NCBI GenBank assembly: GCA_002269645.1
Contig: NIVC01000604.1
Coordinates: forward strand, 124,001-188,000
Origin: Macrostomum lignano
Taxonomy: Eukaryota
DNA: 64,000 nt
Direction of reading: 5' to 3'
The notes beneath the pieces are model-generated. The model saw nothing but the letters and a program-made list of their open reading frames with translations. It made no database searches and was not told where the DNA came from. A program made the translations under genes and the position numbers. Shown one piece after another: positions 40,381 to 52,879 of the stretch (the stretch's first letter is position 1; each line of letters opens with the position of its first letter).

Positions 40381-43300
40381 TCACTCAGGCGGCAGGTTCT
40401 CGTACACATTAGTGGTGACGTGCTGAAACCAGGCCTGCAATCGGTCGAAGCTGGGCCGGTCCTCCGGCTTGTAGGCCCAGCACTGCTGCATGAGGTTGTA
40501 CAGATCCGAAGCTGCCAGCCGCGGCTGCGGCAGCCGGCAGCCCTCCTCGATTTGCTTCAGCACTTCAACGCCGTCCAGATCGCCCCAGGGCGGCTCGCCG
40601 AGGCTGTACAGCTCCCAGAGGCAGACGCCGAAGCTCCAGACGTCCGACGCGGAGCTGAATAGGCGATAGTAGATGGCCTCGGGCGCGTACCATTTGATTG
40701 GCCACTTGCCGCGCTGGGTTGCCCTGCAGAAACAATTAGTTGTGTCTGGTTCAGTAGCCAAGGCTATGTGTTGGTTGCTATGGTAACAAGTGGCTAACAA
40801 TTATAGGATGCAATGGAGGGGCCAAAATTCTGCTGCTATGGAAACAGGTTTCCGTTGCTATGGCATTACAACAAATATCGGTTGCTTTGGACAGGGCATA
40901 ACAACAAAAATCGGTTGCTATGGCATACAACTAATATCGGTTGCTATGGGCATGGCATAACAACAAATATCGGTTGCTATGGAAATTACTGGTTACTAGA
41001 CAACTATTTCTGGTTGCAAAATCAAACAAGTACCGGTTGCTAAAGAATAGGTATTAGTTGCTATGACAAGAACCAGCATATGGCACAACAGAGTCAAGCA
41101 TCGCTAAATTACCTGTAATAGTCAGTATCAGCTCCAACCGCTCTGGACAAACCGAAATCGGAGATCTTGGCCCGGCCCTCGTCGGCTAGCAGGACATTCC
41201 TAGCCGCCAGATCGCGGTGAATGCAGCCCCGCTGCTCCAGGTACTGCATACCTTCGGCCACCTGCAGGGCCCATCGGTACAGCGGCTCCTGACAGTCGGT
41301 GAGGGCGGCCTGCCTGGCCGGCTGCCGGATGTAGTCCAGCAGGGAGCCGAGCGGGCACAGCTCCAGCAGCATCATGAGCCGCTTGTTCTCGCACAGGCCC
41401 AGCACGCGCACAATGCTGGGATGGGCGAGTTTGGCCATCACGGCCGCCTCCTTCACAAAGTCTAGCCGGGTCTGCGCGGAGGCCAGCACCTTCACTGCCA
41501 CTTCCTGGACAATTGGGATAGTGTGTAACGTTTCTTTCGATACATATCGGTCGGTAGTATTATTAAGCAATTGTCACAAGAGGCAGCAGAGCCCACTGGC
41601 AATCTCTTCATCTATCGGAAATGCCGCAAGTTTTACATAAGCAGGAAATCAGCTCACCTGGACCGCTGAGTCCCCCCTGGTCAGGCGGCCGCTGAACACC
41701 TCGCCGAACTCGCCTTCGCCCAACCTGGCCAGCAGGATCACCTGGTTAGCCGGAATTAGCGGCAGGTCACCTCCGCCCCCGGCTGCTGCCGCGGAGCCGC
41801 CGGCGCCGCTGCCGCCAGACTTCGACTTTCCGCTGGCCGCCCGCTCGCCGGAGCCGCCGCTGGACTCGGAGGCTGCGCCGCCGCTGCCGCCGCTGCGACG
41901 GGTTGACGACCGGCGAGAGTTCGAGCCGCCGCCACCGCCGCCTGCGCCGTCCAGCCGGACGATGTCGCGCTCAGCGCGCTCAACGCCGCGGGGCGCCAGA
42001 CGTTCGACGTCGATCAGCTTGGATTCGGGCGAGACCGCCCACTTTAATCGGCAGGGGATGCCGTCGGCAAAGCGGATCAGGTGCTCGACAAGGTGGGCTG
42101 AAATATTCGGATTTCGGAATAGTGAAATTACCGACTGAAAACTTATCAATGGGGGAGGATTCTAAGAAAAATCCGAAGTGATTCCAGGAAACAAGAAATT
42201 TAATAATAAAATCTGCATTGGCTTAAAGAATAATTGAATTAAGCTTCTAGAATCAATGGATATCCTAGCGATTCTAAGAAACAACGGATATCCTAGCGAT
42301 TCTAAGAAACAACGGATATCCTAGCGATTCTAAGAAACAACGGATATCCTAGCGATTCTAAGAAACAACGCATATCCTAGCGATTCTAAGAAACAACGGA
42401 TATCCTAGCGATTCTAAGAAACAACTGATATCCTAGCGGTTCTAAGAAACAACTGATATCCTAGCGATTCTAAGAAACAACTGACATTACTTTAGTGGTT
42501 TTAAGAAACAACGGATATCCTAGCGATTCCAAGAAACAACGGATATCCTAGCGATTCTAAGAAACAACTGATATTACTTTAGTGGTTTTAAGAAACAACC
42601 GATATCCTAGCGATTCTAAGAAACAACTGATATACTTGCGATTCTAAGAAAAAACTGATATCCTAGCGATTCTAAGAAACAACGGATATCCTAGCAATTC
42701 TAAGAAACAACTGATATCTTAGCGATTCTAAGAAACAACTGATATCCTAGCGATTCTAAGAAACAACTTATATTACTTTAGTGGTTTTAAGAAACAACGG
42801 ATATCCTAGCGATTCCAAGAAACAACGGATAGCCTAGCGATTCCAAGAAACAACGGATATCCTAGCGATTCTAAAAAACAACTGATATTACTTTAGTGGT
42901 TTTAAGAAACAACTGATATCCTAGCGATTCTAAGAAACAACCGATACCCTATTGATTCTTAGAAATTGATATCCTAGCGATTCTAAGAAACAGCTGATAT
43001 TCATAAAAGCAACCGATGCTTTTATAATTCCAAGAAATAACTGCAATTCTTGTTTCTAAAAAACAACGGATATCCACAAAATGTTAGAGACAAAAAAGAT
43101 CAATTAAAAGCCTACAAAATTCCTCATAAAAGCTCCAAGGAAGCAACTGAAAAGCCAGCGCAGGTACCTGGACTCTGGTGCAACGGGCCGCCGCTGATGA
43201 ACCAGGCCTCCTGGGCCGGCACGCCCGGATAGGCGCCGCCGCTGACCTCCACCGCGTATTTGAGCGTCTGGCCGCGGCAGGTGACGCACAGGACCAGTTT

Positions 43301-46300
43301 GCGATCGCCGGCAGACGAGCGCCGAAGCAAGAAGGTGCCATCGTCGGGCGGATCGCGGTGCCGACGAAGCGCCGCCTCGGTGTCCTGCTTGGACAGGTCA
43401 GAGTGGAACCAGTCCACCAGGCAGGTGAGCGGTGAGGGGCAGCGGTAGTTCGCCATGGCCTCGGCCAGCTCGGCGAATCCGAATCTCAGCGCCAGCTCGT
43501 AGGGCAGCTCGCCGTCGCAGTTGCGCGGATGCGGAGCGGCGTGGAAGCGGAGCAGCGTGTTGACGCAGTCGGCGTGGCCCAGCACGGCCGCCTCGTGCAG
43601 CGGTGTGTTGCCGGAGAACGGGCAGCGGACCTGCGGCGCGGTGGCGGGGCCGGAGCCGGTAAGAGTACGGACTGCACAGCCTCGGAATTCCGACTTGGGA
43701 ATACCGCATTTGCTGAGATAGCGATATCACAAAAAAGTAGATGGCAGAATGTCAGGAAATGTCAGGAAGTCAGATGGCAGAATCTCAGAAGCAGATGACA
43801 GAATCTCAAGAAGTGAGATGGCAGAATGTTAGGAAGTAGATGGAAGAATCTCAAGGTAGTAGATAGCAGAATGTCAAGTAGTAAATACCAGAATCTCAGG
43901 GAGTAGATGGCAGAATCTCAGGAAGTTAGATGGCAGAATCTCAGGAAGTTAGATGGCAGAATCTCAGGGAGTAGATGGTAGAATCTCAGGGAGTAGATGG
44001 CAGAATCTCAGGGAGTAGATGGCAGAATCTCAGGGAGTAGATGGCAGAATCTCAGGAAGTTAGATGGCAGAATCTCAGGGAGTAGATGGCAGAATCTCAG
44101 GAAGTTAGATGGCAGAATCTCAGGAAGTTAGATGGCAGAATCTCAGGGAGTAGATGGCAGAATCTCAGGGAGTAGATGGCAGAATCTCAGGAAGTTAGAT
44201 GGCAGAATCTCAGGAAGTAGATAGCAGTATATCAGGGAGTAGGTGGCAGAATCTCAGGGAGTAGATGGCAGAATCTCAGGAAGTTAGATGGCAGAATCTC
44301 AGGGAGTAGATGGCAGAATCTCAGGGAGTAGATGGCAGAATCTCAGGGAGTAGATGGCAGAATCTCAGGGAGTAGATGGCAGAATCTCAGGAAGTTAGAT
44401 GGCAGAATCTCAGGAAGTTAGATGGCAGAATCTCAGGAAGTTAGATGGCAGAATCTCAGGGAGTAGATGGCAGAATCTCAGGGAGTAGATGGCAGAATCT
44501 CAGGGAGTAGATGGCAGAATCTCAGGAAGTTAGATGGCAGAATCTCAGGAAGTTAGATGGCAGAATCTCAGGGAGTAGATGGCAGAATCTCAGGGAGTAG
44601 ATGGCAGAATCTCAGGGAGTAGATGGCAGAATCTCAGGGAGTAGATGGCAGAATCTCAGGGAGTAGATGGCAGTATATCAGGGAGTAGATGGCAGAATCT
44701 CAGGGAGTAGATGGCAGAATCTCAGCAAGTAGATTGCAGAATCTCAGCAAGTAGATTGCAGAACCTCAGAAGTAGATGGCAGAATCTCAGAAGTAGATGG
44801 CAGAATCTCAGGGAGTAGATGGCAGAATCTCAGGAAGTTAGATGGCAGAATCTCAGGGAGTAGATGGCAGAATCTCAGGGAGTAGATGGCAGAATCTCAG
44901 GGAGTAGATGGCAGAATCTCAGGGAGTAGATGGCAGAATCTCAGGGAGTAGATGGCAGAATCTCAGCAAGTAGACAGCAAAAAAGTACAGTTTAAAAAGA
45001 GCAGAATGCACACAATTCCTACAGTTTATCCTTGCCCCATCAAAGCAGCTCACCTGCGGACTCGCCCGGCCCAGCTTGAGCAGCGTCTCGGCCACGTGAG
45101 CGAAGGATCGCTGCACAGCCCGGTGCAGAGCTGTAAACCCAGCGCAATCCCGCAGGCCGGTCTCGGCGCCGGCCTCCAGCAGCAGCTTCACCACGTCGTT
45201 GCTGCCAGTCTTGGCCGCTTCAATCAGCGGCGTTGCGCCATTGTCGCTGGACTTCTCGTTCAGCATTAGCGGGTCGCAGGCGCCGCCAGACTGCGGAGCG
45301 GAGGATTCCTTGGTTACCTCTACCTGTGCATGAGCTCGTCCCTAATCACCTCTACCTTTGTATGAGCTGGTCCTTAATCACCACTACCTGTGCATGAGCT
45401 GGTCCTTAATCACCACTACCTGTGCATGAGCTCGTCCCTAATCACCCCCACCTTTGTATGAGCTGGTCCTTAATCACCACTACCTGTGCATGAGCTGGTC
45501 CTTAATCACCACTACCTGTGCATGAGCTCGTCCCTAATCACCCCCACCTTTGTATGAGCTGGTCCCTAATCACCCCCACCTTTGTATGAGCTGGTCCTTA
45601 ATCACCACTACCTGTGCATGAGCTGGTCCTTAATCACCACTACCTGTGCATGAGCTGGTCCTTAATCACCACTACCTGTGCATGAGCTGGTCCTTAATCA
45701 CCACTACCTGTGCATGAGCTGGTCCTAAATCACCACTATAGATATATCTACTACTGGTCCTTCATCTTTCCCTTGGAGCTCACCTGCAGCTGCATGAGCA
45801 CCCGGCGCACCTCCGCCATGTTGGCCCGCCTGGCTGCCAGGTGCAAAGCATTGGTTGAGCCGTATACGGTGATGGCGGGCGGAGGAGGCTGGGCTATGAC
45901 AGGCCGACTCAGCTGGCACACAATGGAATTGTCCGTTCGACGAAACTCCGACACCAACAAGTCGATCCCGAGGTATTTGGCAGAGGTGCCGTGAACCTGA
46001 GTTTGGGGGGGGGGAATTGAACTTGAGGCCGAGGTCGGGGTTTGATGATGGGAGACTGGGGTCGGGGTTAGATAATGGGAGACTGAGGTCGGCGTTTGAT
46101 AATGGGAGACTGATGTCAGGGTTTGATGATGGGAGACTGAGGTCGGCGTTTGATAATGGGAGACTGAGGTCGGGGTTTGATGATGGGAGGCTGAGGTCAG
46201 GGTTTGATAATGGGAGGCTGAGGTCAGGGTTTGATAATGGGAGACTGAGGTCGGGGTTTGATGATGGGAGGCTGTGGTCAGGGTTTGATAATGGGAGACT

Positions 46301-47078
46301 GGGGTTGGGGTTCGATAATGGGAGATTGAGGTCGGGGTTTGATAATGGGGGACTGAGGTTGGAGTTTGATGATGGGAGGCTGAGGTCAGGGTTTGATGAT
46401 GGGAGGCTGAGGTCAGGGTTTGATAATGGGAGGCTGAGGTCAGGGTTTGATAATGGGAGACTGGGGTTGGGGTTAGATAATGGGATATTGAGGTCGGGGT
46501 TTGATAATGGGAGACTGAGGTTGGAGTTTGATTATGGGAGGCTGAGGTCAGTGTTTGATGATGGGAGATTGAGGTCGGGGTTTGATGATGGGAGGCTGAG
46601 GTCAGGGTTTGATAATGGGAGATTGAGGTCGGGGTTTGATGATGGGAGGCTGAGGTCAGGGTTTGATAATGGGAGATTGAGGTTGGGGTTTGATAATGGG
46701 AGACTGAGGTTGGTTTAATAATGGGAGACTGAGGTGGGGTTTGATAACGGGAGAGAGCAGTGAACAGACGGTTAAACAGACGAGCATACGAGACACCAGT
46801 CACCTGGTAGAAGCCATCCGGCAGCTCGTCAATCGGATAGTGATAGGACGCCGAGTCGCACAGCACGGATAGCACAAATTTATTAGTGGAATGGGAATAC
46901 CGCACTAAAAATGTGCCTAAGCCGCCTTGAGCTTTAAGCCGGCGTTCCGTCTCTTCCCGACCAACTTCGCCGTGAAACCAGCGGGACAGATCGCCGCGTG
47001 ACTGCTGCTGCTGCTGGTACTGCTGCTGGCCGCTGCCGCCGCCGCTGCCAGCACTGCCCCAGAATGGTGCTGGTGCAT
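40381..47078 (-). CDS. shark: Shark/HTK16-type non-receptor tyrosine kinase (SH2 - 5 ankyrin repeats - SH2 - kinase), 7 exons
   Basis: Exons (minus) 47078-46804, 45996-45784, 45290-45054, 43630-43168, 42097-41658, 41504-41113, 40723-40381, with GT-AG introns and matching phases (0,0,0,1,0,2). Motifs: SH2 WFHG...GTFLVRYS; five ANK repeats (TNALHLAA, GATPLIEAA, GFTALHRA, GNTPLHEAA, GELPYELA); second SH2 WFHS...GTFLLRRS; kinase GEGEFG, VAVK, HRDLAARN, DFGLSR...DYYRATQRGKWPIKWYAPE. About 787 aa if one G is missing at 47057-47060. The start is uncertain. Confidence 0.92.
42255..43075. repeat. 28-bp minisatellite, shark intron 4
   Basis: Unit GGATATCCTAGCGATTCTAAGAAACAAC. Confidence 0.92.
43735..44970. 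repeat. 22/23-bp minisatellite, shark intron 3
   Basis: Units TAGATGGCAGAATCTCAGGGAG / TTAGATGGCAGAATCTCAGGAAG. Confidence 0.95.
45312..45740. repeat. 32-bp minisatellite, shark intron 2
   Basis: Unit GAGCTGGTCCTTAATCACCACTACCTGTGCAT. Confidence 0.93.
46018..46750. repeat. 27-bp minisatellite, shark intron 1
   Basis: Unit GGGAGACTGAGGTCGGGGTTTGATAAT. Confidence 0.93.
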
Positions 47079-49978
47079 GCCGCGCAATTATCAAGCCTGG
47101 CTTACTTTCGTGTCGCTTTTTCGTTTGTTTAAGTTCTAGCAATAATGAAACACGCAATAGAGTATTAATCTATTGAGACGGGCGAGACGCCCACTATGGA
47201 CTTGTTATTTATGAAGATTGAAGCTGGCTTGATTTGTCTGTGTTGCAGCGAAGCAACCAATGCAGAAGTTGTCTGGGCGGCAATCTGCTTTAGCCAGATC
47301 TTGGCCAAATGAGAGCTTTGCAGGAGTCTGCAATTTATAGGTAGGCAATTAGTTTGGACTTATCATAATTGTGTTAAGGTGTTACTGTGCAAAAATTTAA
47401 ATTTAAAATATTAATAATAAATTTGTTTGCTTTCTAATAAAGTTATGATGGGTCAATAAGCTTTCATTTATATGGAAATACAACAAAATAAAGGAGACCT
47501 CAAGGCCATTGTAGAAGGCCAATCATATTCATGGCCAAGCAGAACATTGTGCCGGTGCAAGAGCTGATGGACTTGAATCCAAAAAATCACTGTCACTTTG
47601 AGTAGCTGGATGATTGGCATATTTAATGGAAATGTTTTCACTAAATTGCATAAATGCCTTGCCCTTAACAAGTTCACTGCTACTGGTTGCATCACACTGA
47701 CTCTAGATTAGATGCAGGTTTGCTATAGTAAAAAAAACTACCAAAGTAAAAAAGTACCAAGTGACTTACTAATATATTGACAGGTGATAAGAAAAGGATC
47801 TATTACTACCAAGTGCCTGACAAAAACCACAACAATGCTAGGATCTGGGCTGATAAAGACCAACTGTTAGCTGTTGCCTTGGAATTCATTCATGAAAGCT
47901 GATATTTTTCTCCTTTGCCATCTAGAGACAGTTGTCATGGTGCCAAATGGATAGAACATCAATGCCATATTTTATACCAGTGAGGTTCTACTAAAAGTTG
48001 TGGTCATAGTTATAGAGAAGCAGAGAGCATGTTTCCTAAGTGGCAGAATCAACCTACAAAATTGCAATGCCTCCAGACACTGTAGAACTTAAGTAAATAG
48101 ATCACAGTGAGCAACTAGTTTAGTCTATCCTATTATTCATTTAATTTTTCACAAAATGTTTTTCATTCTAAGATTTGATTTGGAACATATAATTTGGCAA
48201 GCCATAGTATGGTCATTGAGTATTTCACAAAATTTTTTTGTATTTTAGAGTAAATTAGTATATAGACTTCAAGATATAAAATAATATCTTAGTCTTAAAT
48301 TCCTGCTCATTATGCAGTTTCAGTCAATAGCCAATCTTATCAAACAAGGTTATTTAACAAGTTATCTAACTTATGCCATCATCATCATCTGATCAGTATC
48401 TTTTAAACTGGAATGTTAGACAGCATATGCTAGATCTTTTAACAAGCACTGATTTGAACATTGCTAATGTATCCAATGTTGGCATTGATAGTGCCCTTTG
48501 CTATCAACCTATCTAGAAGTGAAATGATATCAAAGGAGGAGGAAGATCCTATACTTCACTTAGGGCCTTCTGATAATACATTGGCCTCTAAGAAAGTACA
48601 CTGTGTCTGATTTGATGCTGTCTAAAGAGTTATTATTTTCATTCATGTTGCCATTTGACATCAGCACCTTTGACCATGGCACCTTCTAGTCTGCTTTGGT
48701 CTTGATGTTCCATTTTCTATAGCAATTTTGAAGAAGCCATGCAGAAAGTCAAGTTTTACCTATTTTGTTATGCCTTTTGGTGACTTTTCCTACTGTGGCA
48801 TTATGAAAAATATCCTACTGTCTCTAATCTGGACTGCTTTATTTGAAGGAGACTTATATATATATTAAAATTTATATCAATATTGATGGTGTACCATTGT
48901 TTTGAAGTTCTCATATGTGCCTTTAGCCAATTCTTTTAACTATTCACAATTTCAACATTTTATAGTCATTACTACCAAGCTTACCAATAGCCAAACTCTC
49001 ATTCATTGCAGCTTGTTCAATCTTAAGCAGACTTTCTATAGTATGGTAAAGTCTTAGCTCCTTAGCTGCCTAGCAGTGCTACTGAAAAATTCAATATAAC
49101 ATATACTAATTTGATGTCAAGTCTAGTTTAACACCAATTTTATAGCTAGCATTTCCTCTATATCATCATATAAGACATGCTAATCGAGCTAGGCTTCTAC
49201 CCAACTCAACTAGTCTAGATCATTTGGACATGGAAAGGCATAGGATCTAGAGCTAACAAGCAGCATCAATGGTAGGAGGCCAAGTTTAGAGTTTCTAAGA
49301 ATTTAAATTCTATATGGTACTAATAAACTTGCCTATTACAACCTAGCCATCTTACCAATCCTGCACTGCTATGCAACCTTCAACATCCTGACTACCAAGG
49401 TGAAATACAAGGAAACATAATACTATAAGACACCAGTGCTGCCTACCTATATAAAAGGAGAGAAGCCTTCAAATGCTACTTTGCCATAGTTGGCTTGGAC
49501 TTTATGAAGTAGCACTAATAATATTCTACTTGTTTCTTAGGAAGTTGAATTTGTGCATGACACCAAAATTAAGTTTCTTTTGTTATACTGTTTAAATAAA
49601 GAGCCAATTGTTTTTGTTTTAATGTGTAAAAAAACTACTATATATATAGGAGCAATTTTTGCAACAAATAAAGTAACCTATTCATGAGCTAAAGGTCTCT
49701 AGTGGTTCAATACAAATACTCAGAGTTTGAAATGTTATTTATTTCAAAGCCCGACTTAAGAACAGTGTGGAAGAGTTATTAAGAGTGGGAGTTGGAGAAT
49801 TATACAAAGGAATACTGAGAGTTATCACCGTGACATTCTGATCTCTGTAATGCCTAATTAGACATACATCTATACCAGTACTAGACCGCTCAGGCCATCT
49901 AATACATAAGACACTACCTAGAATGCTATCATACATCAGATGCTACCAGACTATACATAAGATTGTTTGTTGATTTTA

Positions 49979-52879
49979 TCAAAAACAATGCACCACTAGA
50001 AGTTTTTATATAAATTTTCAAAATGATTTTGCGAGATATTTTTATTTTATTGCATGTTTTGACTTTTACAAGGAGTTCCAAGCTAAGAATATCTGTGACC
50101 CACTAATAATTCAGAACACAATGTATCTTTTTAGCAGAACAACTTTTAAAATGTGATGTAAGAGATGTGTAGCAGCTCCTAGCCCTCATTGTGTTTTTAA
50201 AATTGCATAACTTTATAAAGGCTAGATGCCTATATACAAGCGTACATTTACACTAAAATCAGTTGAGACATCAACTCATACTGCTGAGTACAAGCTTATA
50301 GTTATGTACAAGTTGTGTAAGCCTAAAATTGTAACCTCATTTGGTAGTGGAATGAACAAGCTATAATATCAATGCTGCATGAAAGTGTCATCTTAAGCAA
50401 TCAAAACTGGAAAATTAACTCAACCTGATATAGTATTTAGCTGCAACCATGCCAAACCCATCATGCGGAGCATCACATGCAGAAAATCGGCTCAAAGTAT
50501 GTCTCATTTGCATGCAAAAAGGAAACAGCATGAAGCCAATTGGTGAAACTGTACTCACAAGGATTCGCCGGTTTTTTATGCCAAGCTGTAATCTTGATGA
50601 TGAGCAACTACCAGCTGCAGTGTGCACTCGATGCAGAACTCTGCTGGCTGACATTGAGGCAGGAAAGCGAGAAGAAGATGCTTTGCCTCGACCATTCGAC
50701 TTTTCAAGCATAAAAATGACTGTCCTAACACGCTCAACGACCATGTGCGAGTGTGGCATCTGCACTGCCGCAAGATGGACACCTATTGGTAAAGGCCTTG
50801 GATCACGGAAAGTCAGTGCACACCCTCGTGGGAGACCTTCATCTGGCATCGAAGATCCTCTGCCTGAAGCTCAACCTGTATCAACCTGCATGCGCTGCTA
50901 CTCTGTGCTTGGCAAAGGTATATCTCACAATTGCAATGTGACTCAAAGAAGAAAAAACCTTTCACTTCAGTTTGCCATGGACAAAAGAGGTGCAGAAATC
51001 CATGCATCAGACCTCATAAAGACAAAGTGCACCAGTGGTGCCTTTCTCTCCACGCAGTTAGCAACTCGTGGACCTTATCAGCTGACAGTGACAACTACAG
51101 CGCAATGCAAAAACTCTTGTGCCACATTTGTTGACAAGCCTGTGACTGCCAAAGAGTTCAACAGGTTTCAGAATACTCTTGGCTTAAGTGGCCAGCAGAC
51201 TAAACTGGCAGCTCAGTTCCTGCGCAACTGGAAAGGACGTAAGTCTGTGGACTCTGGACTGATGTCAAAGTTACGTCAGCTGGATGAGGAGCTAGGTGAG
51301 TTCTTTGATGTAAAGGCAATGCAGCTGGAGGTTGGGAAGGATGCAGCAACAGAGATAAGACACGTTGTATACTGCAAGGACCCGGAGGGACTCATTGATA
51401 GCCTTCTGTACCACCGCTGCATTGAAGAAGGAAACTTTGAAGTTAAAATTGGCATAGATGGAGGAGGCAACTTCTTGAAGGTCTGTCTCACTATTGTGCG
51501 AATTGGAGCAGAGCAACAACCTAAAACAAAGACCAGCTATTCTGCTGCCGCATGCAGTTCTCGTTTCTGTGATAGTGGAGTGAAAAAACTGCTGATCCTT
51601 GCAATTGTCGAAGATGTTCGAGAGTCCTACTTCAACATCAAGGCTGTCCTGGACCTTCTGAGACTGCAACAGGTACGCTTCAGTCTTGCGGTTGACATGA
51701 AGATGGCTAACGCACTACTTGGCCTCCAGTGTGCCAGCAGCAGTCACCCCTGTCCATGGTGCGAGTTGAACTGCAAAGAATTCTGTAGCATACATCATGA
51801 AGTTCCCTTGCGGTCATTTGGCAGCATACGACAGAACGCTAACAGCTACCAAGAGCTGGTGCAGCAGACAAGTAGCACAAGGCATTCGGCTGGCTGCCAG
51901 GTTCAAGAATTGTGTTAGAATGCCGCTGCTTGATTTTCCAGACGAGACTTTGGTGATCAACGTTGTGCCTCCAATGGAGTTGCACTTGATGCTAGGTATT
52001 GTCAATCGGCTGTTCAAGGAGCTTGATTCTCGATTACAGTCAATCTCCAACTGTACAATACGAGCACAGGACTTTGCTAATCGTTTAAACATCTGGCAGG
52101 CACCATATCAAGGTGGGCAGTTTACTGGCAACCACTGCAGCAAGCTGCTAAACAGTGTCGACTCACTTGAGCAAATGCTGCAAGACTGCGGTGCCATAGC
52201 AGCCATGCCTATTGTACAAGCCCTTCGCACCTTTCGTGAAGTCTGTAGGACTTGTTTTGGACTGGTGCTTCTAGACGGCTACGATGCAGCAATAAAGGCA
52301 TTTGCTGCGGCCTACAAGGATGTTGGCATTCCTGTCAGCCCTAAAGTCCATGCTGTCTTTGAGCATGTTGCTCCATTTCTTCGCAACCAGCCGCAAATGC
52401 CTGGATCAGCTATGCATGGCCTTGGATTCTGGTCGGAGCAGGCAAGTGAGGCTGTGCATGCGGACTTCAGTCGCCTCTGGGACAGCAGCTACAAAGTGGC
52501 GAAAACGAGTGCACAGTACAGCAAGCAGCTGCTGAAATGCACAATTGTGTACAACTCACGGCACCAGTGAACAAGTTGCTTTTAGTTAATAACTATTTTT
52601 AAAGGTAAAGGTGATTTTCTATCAAAATGTTATTGAAAGTCTAATATTATTCAACATTTTTCATTTAATGAAGTTTACTAATTTATGTATTGATATGTTT
52701 GATCAAAAATTATACGTATGCCATACATTATACAAGTAACCCTCAACTACCAGACCACAGATACTATAATTTCAGCACAGAAATCATTGTAAAAGTCAAA
52801 ACATGCAATAAAATAAAAATATCTCGCAAAATCATTTTGAAAATTTATATAAAAACTTCTAGTGGTGCATTGTTTTTGA
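49979..52879 (+). mobile_element. Chapaev-like (CMC; Transib/RAG1-related) DNA transposon
   Basis: A perfect 93-bp inverted repeat at 49979-50071 and 52787-52879 encloses a transposase gene. The right end may extend to 52940 (reverse strand starts CACAGC). No matching left terminus or TSD was found. Confidence 0.85.
50449..52570 (+). pseudogene. Chapaev-like DDE transposase, single frameshift
   Basis: ORFs 50449-51918 and 51797-52570 join into 705 aa if one GGCT copy at 51888-51895 is removed. N-terminal H-x7-C-x2-C...P-x2-V-C-x2-C. Core motifs IGIDGGG, AVDMKMANALLGLQCASSSHPCPWC, ELHLMLG, PKVHAVFEH, WSEQASEAVH. Confidence 0.85.

Noticed and set aside
47400-49950. Coding relic in the CpG-free block upstream of the Chapaev-like element
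   Set aside because: It is probably an old TE, but no recognisable motif could be read.
49979-52879. ProtoRAG (RAG1L plus RAG2L) or Fanzor/TnpB system
   Set aside because: Only one gene lies between the inverted repeats; no kelch/PHD or RuvC motifs are seen, and the catalytic motifs fit Chapaev better.
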